NCBI GenBank assembly: GCA_020891255.1
Contig: BQFW01000002.1
Coordinates: forward strand, 1,302,001 to 1,366,000
Direction of reading: 5' to 3'
DNA: 64,000 nucleotides
Origin: Entomortierella parvispora E1425
Lineage: Eukaryota; Fungi; Mortierellomycota
The first letter of the stretch is position 1; every line of letters starts with the position of its first letter. The translations under genes were made by a program, and so were the position numbers. This document shows, piece by piece, positions 26,141 through 37,514 of the stretch. The notes beneath the pieces were generated by a model, which worked only from the letters and a program-made list of their open reading frames with translations, was not told the DNA's origin and did not search any database.

Positions 26141-29100
26141 ATGCGCGAAGTTCTCACGGATCAGTCTTTTGCCGCTTCTACTCTTGGACTCAGTCATGAT
26201 TTTCATCATCACCACCACCATCTCCAGCACTCACCTCCTCGGTCCTGTGAGGATTGTGGTGCAGACCATGGTCATGAAGATAGACTGGATTTCCCAGAAG
26301 ACAGCTATGAGGATGAGCCAGATGAGGAAGAGTCGGAGGGCGATGAGGACGACCTCGATGATAGAGACCACGACCACGGCTCAAGCGGGCATCACGACGA
26401 TTATGTTGAAGATAGCTTGGATGACGAGGATTACGACGACGACGATGAACAGGACGTAGTCGATGGCTATTCTCATCATTATGAAGAGAACAATGTCAAG
26501 ATGATGGCCTATGAGGAGGAAAAGCTCAAGATGGAGACTGTCCGAAGAGTTCGTGAGGAGGAACGTCGAATCAAAGAAGAGCTCCGTAAGAAGCGAATGT
26601 CTGAACGACTTAGGCAAAAACAAGAGAAAGGTATTTTTATTTTCAAACATTGGTTTGTTCAAGGCGCCCAGAATAGTTTTTTCTGCTATCGAGTGCTGAT
26701 ATTTCGAGACTTTTCTCTGTATCATTTGTAGAACGTATCCTTTTGCTCCAGCGACTTCGACTTGAGGACGAGGAACGCCGCCGACGTGAAGCTCTTGAGC
26801 AGCAACGAAAAGAAAAGTTGGAGGAGGAGATGCGCAAAAAGCGGGAAGCTGGTACGCATAGATTGTCGCATTTTATTCAGTTTTTGAATCTTACAGGAAT
26901 GGAATCAGGCACTAATGGCTTTTCATCATTATGAATCGGACGTTTTTCCAACAGCTGAAAAGGATCAGACAGCGAGATCATTCTTGTTCCAACGCACACT
27001 TCGTTCAGAAACAAAGGTCGTCAAGGATATGATCGAGTCCACCCCGGAGACCTCATCGACTTTGACAGGAGTGCCTCGATTCTGTACCCTTGCTGCAACA
27101 CGACTCGTCGGATGGGAGTTCATGACGATAGTAGAAGGTGTTGGCGAGGTCAGCGAGGAAAGGGGCATCCAAGAGACGCTACTTCATGTAGCTGTTCGTG
27201 TTGGATGTGTCGACCTTGCAGTGTTCTTTATGGAGAAAGGTAGCTTGATTCTAGAACTTCACAGGATGGGAGAGCTGCGGGTTTATTTTTGAAGCAAAAA
27301 TTAACATTCTCATTCTCGCTCATCAATAGGCGCACCATTGGATGCTCTGGACTCTGATGGATTAACCCCTCTCCATACTGCGGCAAAGCACTCTGCTCCA
27401 TTTGAGATTTGCAAGGAATTGGTCGAAAGGACGGTACATCATATCGACAGGACATGTATTGTATCTGGAAAGACGGCATTGCATTACGCAGCACAAAACG
27501 GAAATGCAGATCTTGTGGCGTTGCTCTTGGTGCATCACGCAAGGATCAACCCTCAGGATGTCAAGGGCCACACACCTGAATCCTTGGCCAAGGCGGGTCT
27601 TGACAGCGCACTTTCAGAGAAGCCTAGCAAGAACAACTCGAAGCAGTCAAATACTGCAAGGGCCCAAAGGTATCGCAACACTCTTGGGCATCTTCAAAAG
27701 GCGTTGGCTGCTATCAAAGAGGCGCAGAACCGGAAGGATGCACAGCTGGAAGAGCAAAGGCGGAAGGATGAGGCCCTGGCACGTGCAGAAGCTGAAAAGG
27801 ACAACGCTGCGCGTAGAAAACAGGAAGAGAAATTGGAGGCTGATCTTCGACGGCGTTTGGAAGAAGAAAAGGAGCTTGAGCGGCTAAAGGCGATGGCCTC
27901 TGATCCGAATGGCAACAACAATAACAGCGGTGGCGGGAAGAACAAAAAGAAGAAGAAGAAGGGTAAAGCCGGCTACGATGTGGCCCAGGTTACCAAAGAA
28001 ACACCACCACCGTCCCAAGTGTCTGCTAGTACCGAGTCGACCCCTCTTGTACCGGCAGCAGTATCCGCCCCTCAGCCTGCTCCCGCATCAGCACAGCCTA
28101 AACCGACACCTGCGCCTACACCGGCTCCAGCACAAGCCCCATCACCGCCAAAACCCGCTATCGTCCGAATTCCCAAGCCAAAAACAAGCTACCGTCCCTC
28201 GCACCTTGTGGTGACCAGAATGACTGACATGGGCTTCCCACTGCGTGATTCTCGAAAGGCCTTGATTCAGACAGAAGGAAGAGTCGAGGATGCAATTGAT
28301 TTGTTGACAAGCGGAGCTCAGCTGGCAGACGATTCTGAAGACGAGGCAGAGATTGCCGCCGAAAAGGCAAAGGCGAAACAGGCTGCTGCTTTGGCAGCTC
28401 GTGCTTTGCAAGCCAAGAATCAGGAAGCATACTCACCTGCAAGCTCAAATACGACCTTGAATGTGAGTGCTGGTGGATTTAGTCCTGCTGCTCGACCTTC
28501 TTCCAACGGCACCTTTGTCACCTCATCACAGCCTGCTCAACAACCAGTCGTGCAGCAAGCCCCTCCGCATTTGCGCTCAGGGAATGCTCCTCCTGGAATT
28601 CATCCTGCTCCTGTTCGTCCTGTCAACCACCCTGTTCAGATTTTGCATCGGACACACGCGATGGCACCGCACGCTCAACCTCGGTCTGTTCCAACTCAGG
28701 TCTTGCAACGGCCTCAGCCTGGCTCACAAGCGTCGCAGCTAACTGTCAATCCAGCACTTCGCAAGTCTCTTTCCAACCAAGGAGCCGCTGCCTTGTCAAG
28801 TCCACCAGCTCAACCAGCGACAACTATTGCCAGCTTCATTGCGCCTAGGACAGTCCAACCAACGCCACCCACCCGCGCTCCCTATAGCTATGGACCACCT
28901 GCGTCATCTGCTGTTCAGTCCAAGCCATTGTTGTCTCCTTCTGCGTCGACTCCAAGCTCTGGATTCAAGCTGCCTTCATCCGTGTCCACTTCTTCGCTCG
29001 ACCGAAGCGTAGGAGGAAGAAGACCATCTGCTGAATATGGACTTGGTGGCATCACCCGAAAGTTTGGAAGCATGGACCTGGCCAGTGGACAGAGTGGTAG

Positions 29101-30402
29101 CTTGTCGCCCGGTTTTGGCTCTGTTTCAAGCTTCCCAGGATTCTCCGCATCCACGGCAACCTGGGATGCAACCTCTCTTTCGCCTGTTAGCTCTGGTTTC
29201 CAGCCTCCGTCGATGGCTACCCATAACCTCTGGGCAACTCCTGGACTTTCTCTGCCAGGCGCCCCAATGCTGCAGACAGTAGGAGAGAGCAGCCACACAA
29301 CTGCTGCTTTTGGATCCCCTTTCCTTACCAGCCTTCCCTCATCCCAGTTTCAGCAACATCAGAACCAGTCCCAACAACAACAGGATCAGCACTCTCGGGC
29401 CTCTGCCGTCGGCTCTTCCTCAAACAGTGTATTGGGCTTTAGTAGCAGCGATGCCCTGGACAATGAGGATGGAGAGATGATCAACGACGTTCTCGCCCTG
29501 GCAGGGGAAGAGTTTGCTAAATACGCAGAATACTCCAACCTATCCAACAGCAATCCGTCTCAGGAAATGGCGCCATCTTCGCGATCTTTTGGAGGTGGTC
29601 GTGGCAGTACCAGTCATCCACCTTTGAACACATTGTGGGGTACGGCTGGCAGCGGACAAAATGGAAACGATAGTAATCCTGGAATGCCTTCTCCCATTGG
29701 AACGATGAACGGTCATACCCTGCTATCTGGACGTGGCAAGAGCCTAGACTCTCGGCTGGACAATAGTGGATCTAGTGGTATGTGGAAGCGACCATTCGAA
29801 GTGCCTATGTTTGTAACTAGCTCCTGCTGATGGATCCTCTCCTTTACTTTTGTGCAATCTGTGAAATAGATCTTCAAGGAAGCGGTTCCGTGTCAGAGTA
29901 TAGTCAATGGAATTCTGGATTTGCGCTTGACCAGGCTATGTACCCTGCGCACCAGCGACAGCAACAACATCTCCACCATCAGCAGCAGCAACAATCAGGA
30001 TCAAATTCATTTATGGATAGTTTCTTTGGAGCATCTGGTCCCATGAACGGTCGTGGTGGATCATCCTCGTCTGCTTCCTCGTCACCCTATGGACTTCATC
30101 AGAACCACTTGCAGTCATATTCTCCACAATCACTACACCAGTCTCACCAGCAGCAACAGCAACAGATGCACCCACATACTTCACTTGGGCAGTTTGACTA
30201 TGGATTTGGAGGATTGGGTAACGGAAACGGTCTCTCCTCCCCGTCGTTGTCATCTGTGGCGAGCGACATCACTGGAAACTCCCCGTCGGTAGCATTGCGG
30301 TCTGTAGGCGCGATCGGAAGTAGTCGAAGCCAAGGATCTGATAGCTTATCATTGTCAGGGACAGCCCCTGGTGATAGCAGTAGAAGCCCCAAACAATATT
30401 AA
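26141..30402 (+). CDS. Ankyrin-repeat, coiled-coil and UBA-domain protein with acidic/His-rich N-region and Pro/Ser/Gln-rich tail
   Basis: Ankyrin motifs ETLLHVAVRVG, GLTPLHTAA, GKTALHYAAQNG; UBA-like LVVTRMTDMGFPLRDSRKALIQTEGRVEDAIDLL; GT-AG introns at ~26630, ~26852, ~27241 and ~29779. Confidence 0.85.
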
Positions 30403-31817
30403 AAATAGGCGTTCAATGAAATCTTGTTCAAGTTTGCTTTGTTTACTTTATTTCTTGCAAGAAAAGTAAGAATGTAGTTCACTGAAGGCGACCCGTTATA
30501 CCCATTCTCCAGAGGTTTGGTTGTGTATGACAGACACTTGGGCCTTGCCCCAGTTTGCTCTCAATTACCGCTGACGATTTTTCAGTTCAGACCAAAACTT
30601 TACCTGATTCCTGGGATTTCTGCCTCACACATCGTGTCTGTTTGAATTCGCAATGCTCCATTTGAGGCTGCTCCATTCCCGCCCTCCTGCTATCAGAGGC
30701 GTTTTATCGTTTTGTAGCCCCAGCCTTGTCCTGAGTAGCAACCATGACCTGGAGATCTACTTCAAGGGGGAAAAGCGCGCTTTTTTTTGGTCAGGAGGGC
30801 AGCAAAATTTGACAAAATAAGTAGTATGAAAAAAAAACGCGTGCAAAAAGACGCGTCTTTCTTCCCCTCTTTGACAAACAGCATGTCCGTCTCTCCTACC
30901 CATCCTACGGTCGCGTATCTCCTCTGCCAAGCCTCACCCGAGTCCCGAGTCAAGTTTTTTTCTTCAGACTGCATTGCCAAACAGGTGTATCGACCTGGAA
31001 AAAGCCTCTCATTGGTTCCTCTTTGACCGCTGTGACCCTCTCCCGAGTCGCTTTTTTTTTATATGTTTTGAAAGGAGCCAGCTTTTCACTGGGATGCCAG
31101 GCATGAAGAAAGGAATGTAAATGAGCAGGATGATGCCTCGCCCCCGATTGCACTCATTCCACCATTCACCACGCATGGCTGCGACCATTCCTCGTCGAGA
31201 TTTCGAAAGAGAGAAGTTGGCTTACAGAGTGCGTCATGGTCGTCATACTCGGGGCTTTTTGCCTTTTTGGGAACGCCGGGAGGACCTTACAGGCCAACAT
31301 GGGATTTGTGCATGCTTGTGAAGGGGGATAGGGTGTAGAAGGGGTGTAGAAGGGAAGGGAACGGAAGGTGAAGGAAGTAGTTGAGAAAGAAGGGGAAAAG
31401 CGTTTGCATGGGATTTATACGACAGGGAAAAAAAAAGGAAAATTGAACCGGGTCCTTCTCATTTCGTACAAATACAAACCCTCGCCCCGTTTCTTTTTTT
31501 TGTTTCTTCGTCCAACTCTTCTCTCTCTTCAGAGCACCCTTCACTAGCAAAAGCTTCCTTCACAAGCACAAAGCACCACTGCAAGGCCCTTCCTCCTCTG
31601 CCTGCCTGCCTACTTGCCTGCCATGTCGGTCGTCCACTGCCGCCAAGAACTCAAGGCTCCTCGCCTCAGTCCTCATCGCCCTCCCCGGTGATCAAGCCAC
31701 TTTCAAGACCGCTCCTTGCCTTCAAGACCTCTGGTGCCTTTCATCCTTGGCAACCGTGAGCTACCTTGTCCCTTGCCTGGCCCTCCTTCTGCGGTGACAC
31801 TTCTTCTTGTCCGTCCA

Positions 31818-32980
31818 CAAGAACAGCCGCCTTCCATTCGGCTCATTGGCCGGCCTCTTGGCCCGCCTCATTTCGCGACCAAGTTCAAGACATTGGCCCG
31901 AGCCCGCCACCAAGAATCTTTCGCGACTGCTCTCTGCGGTTGCAAGAAAGGAACAAGGTTCTGTACATGGTCCCCCGGGAGGGTGCTGAGCTTCTTTGCG
32001 GAAGCACCACCCTCTGGATACCATGGGAGTTCCTGGCGTGCTCAACGACTCTTTCGGGGGTCTTGAGCAACTACCTGCGCCTCCTTTTGCCGTTGCTGAC
32101 ATGGTTCTGTACCTGGTTCCTCGGCGGGTATTGAGCTTCCTCGTTGAAGAACTACCTGCCTGATACCTTGATGAGTTCCTGGCGTGCTTCACCTGCGCCT
32201 TGCTTCTGCCTTTATTCTTGGTCTGGCCACCCCGTCTGCAAGAACAGCTGCCCTCCATTCAGCTCATTGGCCGGCCTCTTTGGCCCCGCCTCATTTCGCG
32301 ACCAAGTTCAAGACATTGGCCCGAGCCCGCCACCAAGAATCTTTCGCGACTGCTCTCTGCGGTTGCAAGAAAGGAACAAGGTTCTGTACATGGTCCCTCA
32401 GGAGGGTGTTGAGCTTCTTTGCTGAAGCACCACCCTCTAGATACCATGGGAGTTCCTGGCGTGCTCAACGACTCTTTCGGGGGTCTTGAGCAACTACCTG
32501 CGCCTCCTTTTGCCGTTGCTGACATGGTTCTGTACCTGGTTCCTCGGCGGGTATTGAGCTTCCTCGTTGAAGAACTACCTGCCTGATACCTTGATGAGTT
32601 CCTGGCGTGCTTCACCTGCGCCTTGCTTCTGCCCTCATTCGTGGTCTGGCCCTTCCCTCATCTGCAAGAACAGCTGCCCCCCTCGGGAGGGTCTTGAGAG
32701 ACAACCTGTGCCTCCTTTTGCCGTTGCTGACATGGTTCTGTACCTGGTTCCTCGGCGGGTATTGAGCTTCCTCGTTGAAGAGCTACCTGCCTGACACCTT
32801 GATGAGTTCCTGGCGTGCTTCACCTGCGCCTTGCTTCTGCCCTCATTCTTGCTCAGGCCTTCCCTCGTCTGCAAGAACAGCTGCTTTCCATTCAGCTCAT
32901 TGACCTGCCCTCATTTGCGGCCAAGTTCAAGACATTATTGTGGCCCAAGCCCCGCCTTCAAGAAATTTAGCGACTGCTTT
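31818..32980. repeat. Higher-order tandem repeat: two near-identical ~421-426-bp units plus two partial copies
   Basis: CAAGAACAG anchors at 31818, 32239, 32665 and 32872. Copies 1 and 2 are about 95% identical by eye. An internal sub-repeat (GGTTCTGTAC...GAGTTCCTGGCGTGCT) recurs at a 146-bp offset. Confidence 0.92.
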
Positions 32981-33747
32981 CACAGCGGTCTGCCTAACAA
33001 GGTCTTGGCTCCTTTGTTGGTCGTCCTTCCTTTTCTTTAGTCTAGTACCATGTGTGGTGTGTGGGGGCCCGTTTCTGTGGGCGCCAAGGGTATAACGTCT
33101 GGTTAGGAGTCAGGGCTCACGCTCTACAGCTACTTCCTTTGATATCTCACCTTGGGCCAAAGTGCAGAGCGGTGACTAGATAGCATTGGGTTGGGATCGC
33201 AATCTTCCTTTACATGCGACCTTCAAATAAATTCATTCTTCCAAGCAGGCGACAAGCCCTTGGTCAAACAGCAATACATCTTTTGAAAGAAGTTGAACTA
33301 AAAGAGCATGAGTATAGTACGACGTTGGATGAAAAACACATCGACGATGCGTTTTTGTTTTTTTTTTTTTTTTTTGCGCGTGTCCAAGCGACTTGATCGC
33401 CACACTCATGGCAGGCAATTGCAGGATGCTAGGACGGCAGCCCGCCCGTGCCTTTTCCGAGTGTACATGTACATTCATTGATTCATTCATTCATTCAAAA
33501 AAAGAAAGGAAAAAAAAACATGATTTTCACAACGCTCCCGCCGCGCCCCACTCACTTCATAGCCCGAGATTCTGGTAAGAGCCGGACCTCTTATTTTACC
33601 CCTGCCTTTGTTGTTGCCAATGGCTTCGAGGAGAAGGATTCAAAGCTACTCAACTGCCAGATGGGATGGTCTTATAGGCGAGAGATACTTCCACATTCCG
33701 CGCTTTTTGTGAGCTATAGGTGTATAATTATGGTACTTTTTATTTGT

Positions 33748-35110
33748 CTAGTTGTTGTCGCTGTGCGAGGTATAATGGATGTAAGGCACCCATTCGTCCA
33801 TGTAATAAAAGGTGTTTCTGTAGTTCTCCTCTGTCATCTCAATCTTGTCCTCGATATATTCCTTGGGCATGGCGCTGATGACATGGCAGTTGGGGCAAAA
33901 GTACGCCGCCACATAGCTCAAACTGCTCCCAGAGGTCATCAAGTACTTTGAGGCGACCATGAACCGCAGGGTTTCCTCTGTCGACTGGATGTCGTGGTAC
34001 TGAGCATTAGGAAGAACGCTTTTGATATCCCGCAGCCTCTTCCAGTTGCCCCACATGTGTTCAGACAGCTCCGTGGGTTTAAAATACACAAAGTGCACGT
34101 TTTCGTCTGGCAGAGAGATGTTGAGTTTGCGTCGCATGCCCTGGATCACTTTGACGTACGTCTCTGGCTTTTCCGAGACTTGAATGTCACCCAATCGGAT
34201 ATGGATCACCAAACGATCGACCTGTCCAATTGTGTGCTCTTGAGGATACTTCTCCCGCAAAGTTGACTCTTTGCGCTGCAATAGATCCTGGACATCCCTT
34301 GATGCATTGAAGAATGAAAAGCCAGCGAGAAAGCAATTGGCGTTGGGTCGGGGGTTGTTCTCTGGACACATATAAGAGCTTCGACCTCCAAAGCCCAAAA
34401 GACTGGACTTTCGCAACTCGTAATCGCCCATCTGATCGTAGGCAAACTGGGCAGTGTCCCGGTAGTTGTAGACAGGGATCCACTGGTTCAAGACCATGTC
34501 AAAGTCCTCCAGCTCTGACTGTGCTTGCAGAGAGTGATGGTTCTCGATCCCAGCTTTGCGATTGTTGGCTGCCATCATCGCCCTGAGTTCTGGGGGGACT
34601 GGGTACCGTTGTCGAAGGAGATCCCCGAGCCACTGCAGATCTGCATTTCGAAAGTTGCGCACAAACGCCCGCTCGTTGAAAACGTACTGGAGACCGTTGT
34701 TGTTGGCAAAGTGAAGACCCATCACAAGCTCACTGAACTTGTGGCCCATGCCCTGGTTGGCAAAGTTGTGAGTAAAGTATTTCAACTCGCTCAACGGCAT
34801 CCTCTCGGCCCGAAGGGGTATCCTGTTATCAGCCTCGTCCAGTATCGGGTCATGGAAGGGTGAGGTGGGAGGTACTGGTCTGCTGCTGTAGGTGAGATCC
34901 GGGTGTCAATGAAGCAGAGTTAGATCTTCTTGTCTCTTTGTGGGGAGGTGAGCAAGTGAAGACAATAAAGAATCCAACAACACCGACAACAAAAAGACCA
35001 AGGGAGGGAGGAGAGCCTTACAAAAAGAGGTGTAGAAGGACGAATACCGGGAGTAGCACAAAAAGGTACATCATACATTGCCTCGAGCGAAGCTTTTTCT
35101 TTATCGCCAT
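33748..35110 (-). CDS. Type II membrane glycosyltransferase, GT11/fucosyltransferase-like
   Basis: Exon 1 MAIKKKLRSRQCMMYLFVLLPVFVLLHLF (basic residues plus TM anchor); phase-2 intron from 35021; QGMGHKFSE, VIHIRLGD and FMVASKYLMTSGSSLSYVAA match GT11-type motifs. Confidence 0.7.
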
Positions 35111-35651
35111 TGTGGTGTTTGCCTGGCGGTGGCACTGGGATAAGACAGGGTATGAGAAAGGGGTATGAAAAAGTGGTATTGAGAGATACGATTCAACAAT
35201 AGAGTCAAGGAAGAAGAGTCAAGAAGTCAAGAGAGGGAAGGAGGATGAAAGACAGGAAAGACAGAGGGGAGAGGGGAAAGCAGGCTTCGTTCACTTGGCA
35301 GAGAAGGTGAGAAGGCGGGGAGGGACAAGAAGGAACTTCAAAGGGAAGAAGAAAAAGAAAAAGAAAAAGCCGCCTTCTCTTCCAGCGAGGGAATCGCAGT
35401 CCCCCTGGTTGCCGTTCATTCGCTCGTTCAATTTCTCGATTTTGGGTGTGTGCCTGTCGGCGTTGGACTGCACGAATGCCGGGGGCGAAGGGGAGAAGGG
35501 GAGAAGGGGAGGGCGAGGGCTGAGGGTGATGGTGACGGTGATCGACTCTTTTGAAGTTGGAGAACACACAGCAGAGCAGAGATATCAACAAAAAACATCC
35601 GTGGATCTTGAACACACAGTGAGAGCACAGATCTTCACTCCTCTTCCCTTA

Positions 35652-35707
35652 TCAGTAACCTGGTCAAGAGATTCATTCCCTAGTCAGTAACCTGGTCAAG
35701 AGATTCA
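35652..35707. repeat. 24-bp perfect direct repeat with 8-bp spacer
   Basis: TCAGTAACCTGGTCAAGAGATTCA at 35652-35675 and 35684-35707; an inverted core copy CCAGGTTAC lies at 35728-35736. Confidence 0.85.
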
Positions 35708-35768
35708 GTGGCGAAAAGGATGAGGTACCAGGTTACACAAAGGCAGACATTCGCTTTTTATTCACTTT

Positions 35769-36971
35769 CTACATTGCAGACGATCGGTCTTGGGATTGAG
35801 CCAGTGCATGTGCCTGCGCTTGAGCATGCTTGAGTTCCTTTCTCGAGTTGAAGGAACGACGGTCAATCTTTTTGTCAGAGTGCTGATAGGGATGCATGAT
35901 GAAAAACTCTGTAGGACTCGAACTGGAAACAGGATTCATCTTTGAGTTTTTGCTGGAAGACAAGGACGGTGAAGGAGACAGTTGGGAGGCAGACTGGGAA
36001 GATAAGGGGGAAGAGGTCGGGAATGGCAACGGGGAGAACAAAGAAGAAGCAGGCTCATGAGTGTCCATAGGCATGGAAGAGTAGGGTGATGAAGAAATCG
36101 AGGTCCAGTCCGAAAAGGGCGATGTAGGTAGGGACAGACTTGACATAGTGGAGGCGTCTGACTGTGGGAGACAGGGAAAGTAGTCGTACGGAAGGGCAGT
36201 GAGGTCGGACGGAGTGATCATGGGCATTGGTGCAGGTGACGACAAGGGTGAGGGCGTCAAAGCGAGAGCCATGCAAGCCGGTCCTGTTGACCAGGAACTG
36301 GGCCCTTGATGACTTGCACTTCGAGGAGAATGAAAATTTGTGATACACCGAATGCTAAAGGCACGGCTGCAAGGGCTAGAAGGAGAGGAAGAGCTGGTGC
36401 GGCGATTGGGTAGAGCATCCATGCGCACAAGAGTGGGACGTCCACGTTTTCGAGGCGATTCTTGGTCTTGGAAGGATGCCACGTTGACAGGGGCCAAAAA
36501 GGAGAAGCTGGCTGTCTGTTGGTATTGCCGATTCTCCATCGAAACAGCCAAAGACTGTGCCTGTGACAGAGGTGCAACCGCCAATGTGGACGCGCTCAAA
36601 GGGAACGATAGCGTGTTTGCCTCGCAGTTGTCGTCGATCATCGCGGCAGAGACAGGGTCAAGGAAAGTCAGTCCCATCATCTCTGCGGCAGACAAAAGGG
36701 GGTCCAAGTCAATCCTGGCTGTATTCTTGGGAAACTCGAGGAATCTTGTCTTTTCCGAGTCTTCTTCCAGTCCTAGGAAGACCGTAGCCTGCAACCTTTT
36801 CAGTTCTTCGTCACAGTAATTTAGTTCCGCAGTCTCTTCAGTCTGAGAGGGGAAAAGCACCCCGTCAGGGTCCATGAGACGAGAAGTTTCGGAAAAGCAC
36901 TCGTCTTCAGAGTAAGAGATGGAGCCGGTGGTCAAGGCAATGGAGGGAGGGATGGGGATTGGATTGGACAT
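35769..36971 (-). CDS. Hypothetical Ser/Pro-rich protein with a single AT-hook-like RKRGRP motif
   Basis: Uninterrupted ORF of about 400 codons (track 35769-37064); probable start MSNPIP at 36971; no other recognisable domain. Confidence 0.55.
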   Translation of the reverse strand: MSNPIPIPPSIALTTGSISYSEDECFSETSRLMDPDGVLFPSQTEETAELNYCDEELKRLQATVFLGLEEDSEKTRFLEFPKNTARIDLDPLLSAAEMMGLTFLDPVSAAMIDDNCEANTLSFPLSASTLAVAPLSQAQSLAVSMENRQYQQTASFSFLAPVNVASFQDQESPRKRGRPTLVRMDALPNRRTSSSSPSSPCSRAFSIRCITNFHSPRSASHQGPSSWSTGPACMALALTPSPLSSPAPMPMITPSDLTALPYDYFPCLPQSDASTMSSLSLPTSPFSDWTSISSSPYSSMPMDTHEPASSLFSPLPFPTSSPLSSQSASQLSPSPSLSSSKNSKMNPVSSSSPTEFFIMHPYQHSDKKIDRRSFNSRKELKHAQAQAHALAQSQDRSSAM

Positions 36972-37514
36972 TTGCCGATGTTTTTGGAGAGCTTTGAACG
37001 TTGAACAGGTGGAGTGTATGGTGTTCTTGCTGTGATGTTTACCAGAGGACATCTTTATATACAATATCTTTCTACATGTTCAGCAAAGCAGGCGGCGAAC
37101 CTCCTTTACACCACGACCAAGGGCTCATCAAGATGCTGTGGATATCCTACGAGTCCTCCACCACTCCTTGGTACTGTCCAAGAAAGGAAGTGTATCAGGA
37201 AAAAACGCGTCTTTTGTAACGGGATCCACTCTTGGAATATTACAAGTACAATTCGTTGTTCTTCGCTCCATCCTTCAGCCTCTGAAGTCCCAGGAGACTG
37301 AGAGTTTGATTGAGGAGGTTGAAACTGAGTGTGGGGTTCCCAAATTTACGCTGGTTTCCTTGTGGTCAATGCGGAGATCGATGGGAGAGGAGAACTGTGG
37401 TCAAGGATACACCAAAATCGCATGAGAACAACACTATTGATCTTGAAGGCGAGATATGTGACCCTAGAAAAAACATAGGTGGCCCTGGCGGCTTCAGCAA
37501 AGACAGCAAGCAAC

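Noticed and set aside
31818-32980. Repeat array as a CRISPR array or in-frame repeat protein
   Set aside because: Units are about 420 bp with no unique spacers and no cas genes nearby; the 421-bp period breaks frame and every frame contains stops.
33030-33050. CTAG as a Helitron 3' end closing the repeat array
   Set aside because: No GC-rich subterminal hairpin and no identifiable 5' TC end.
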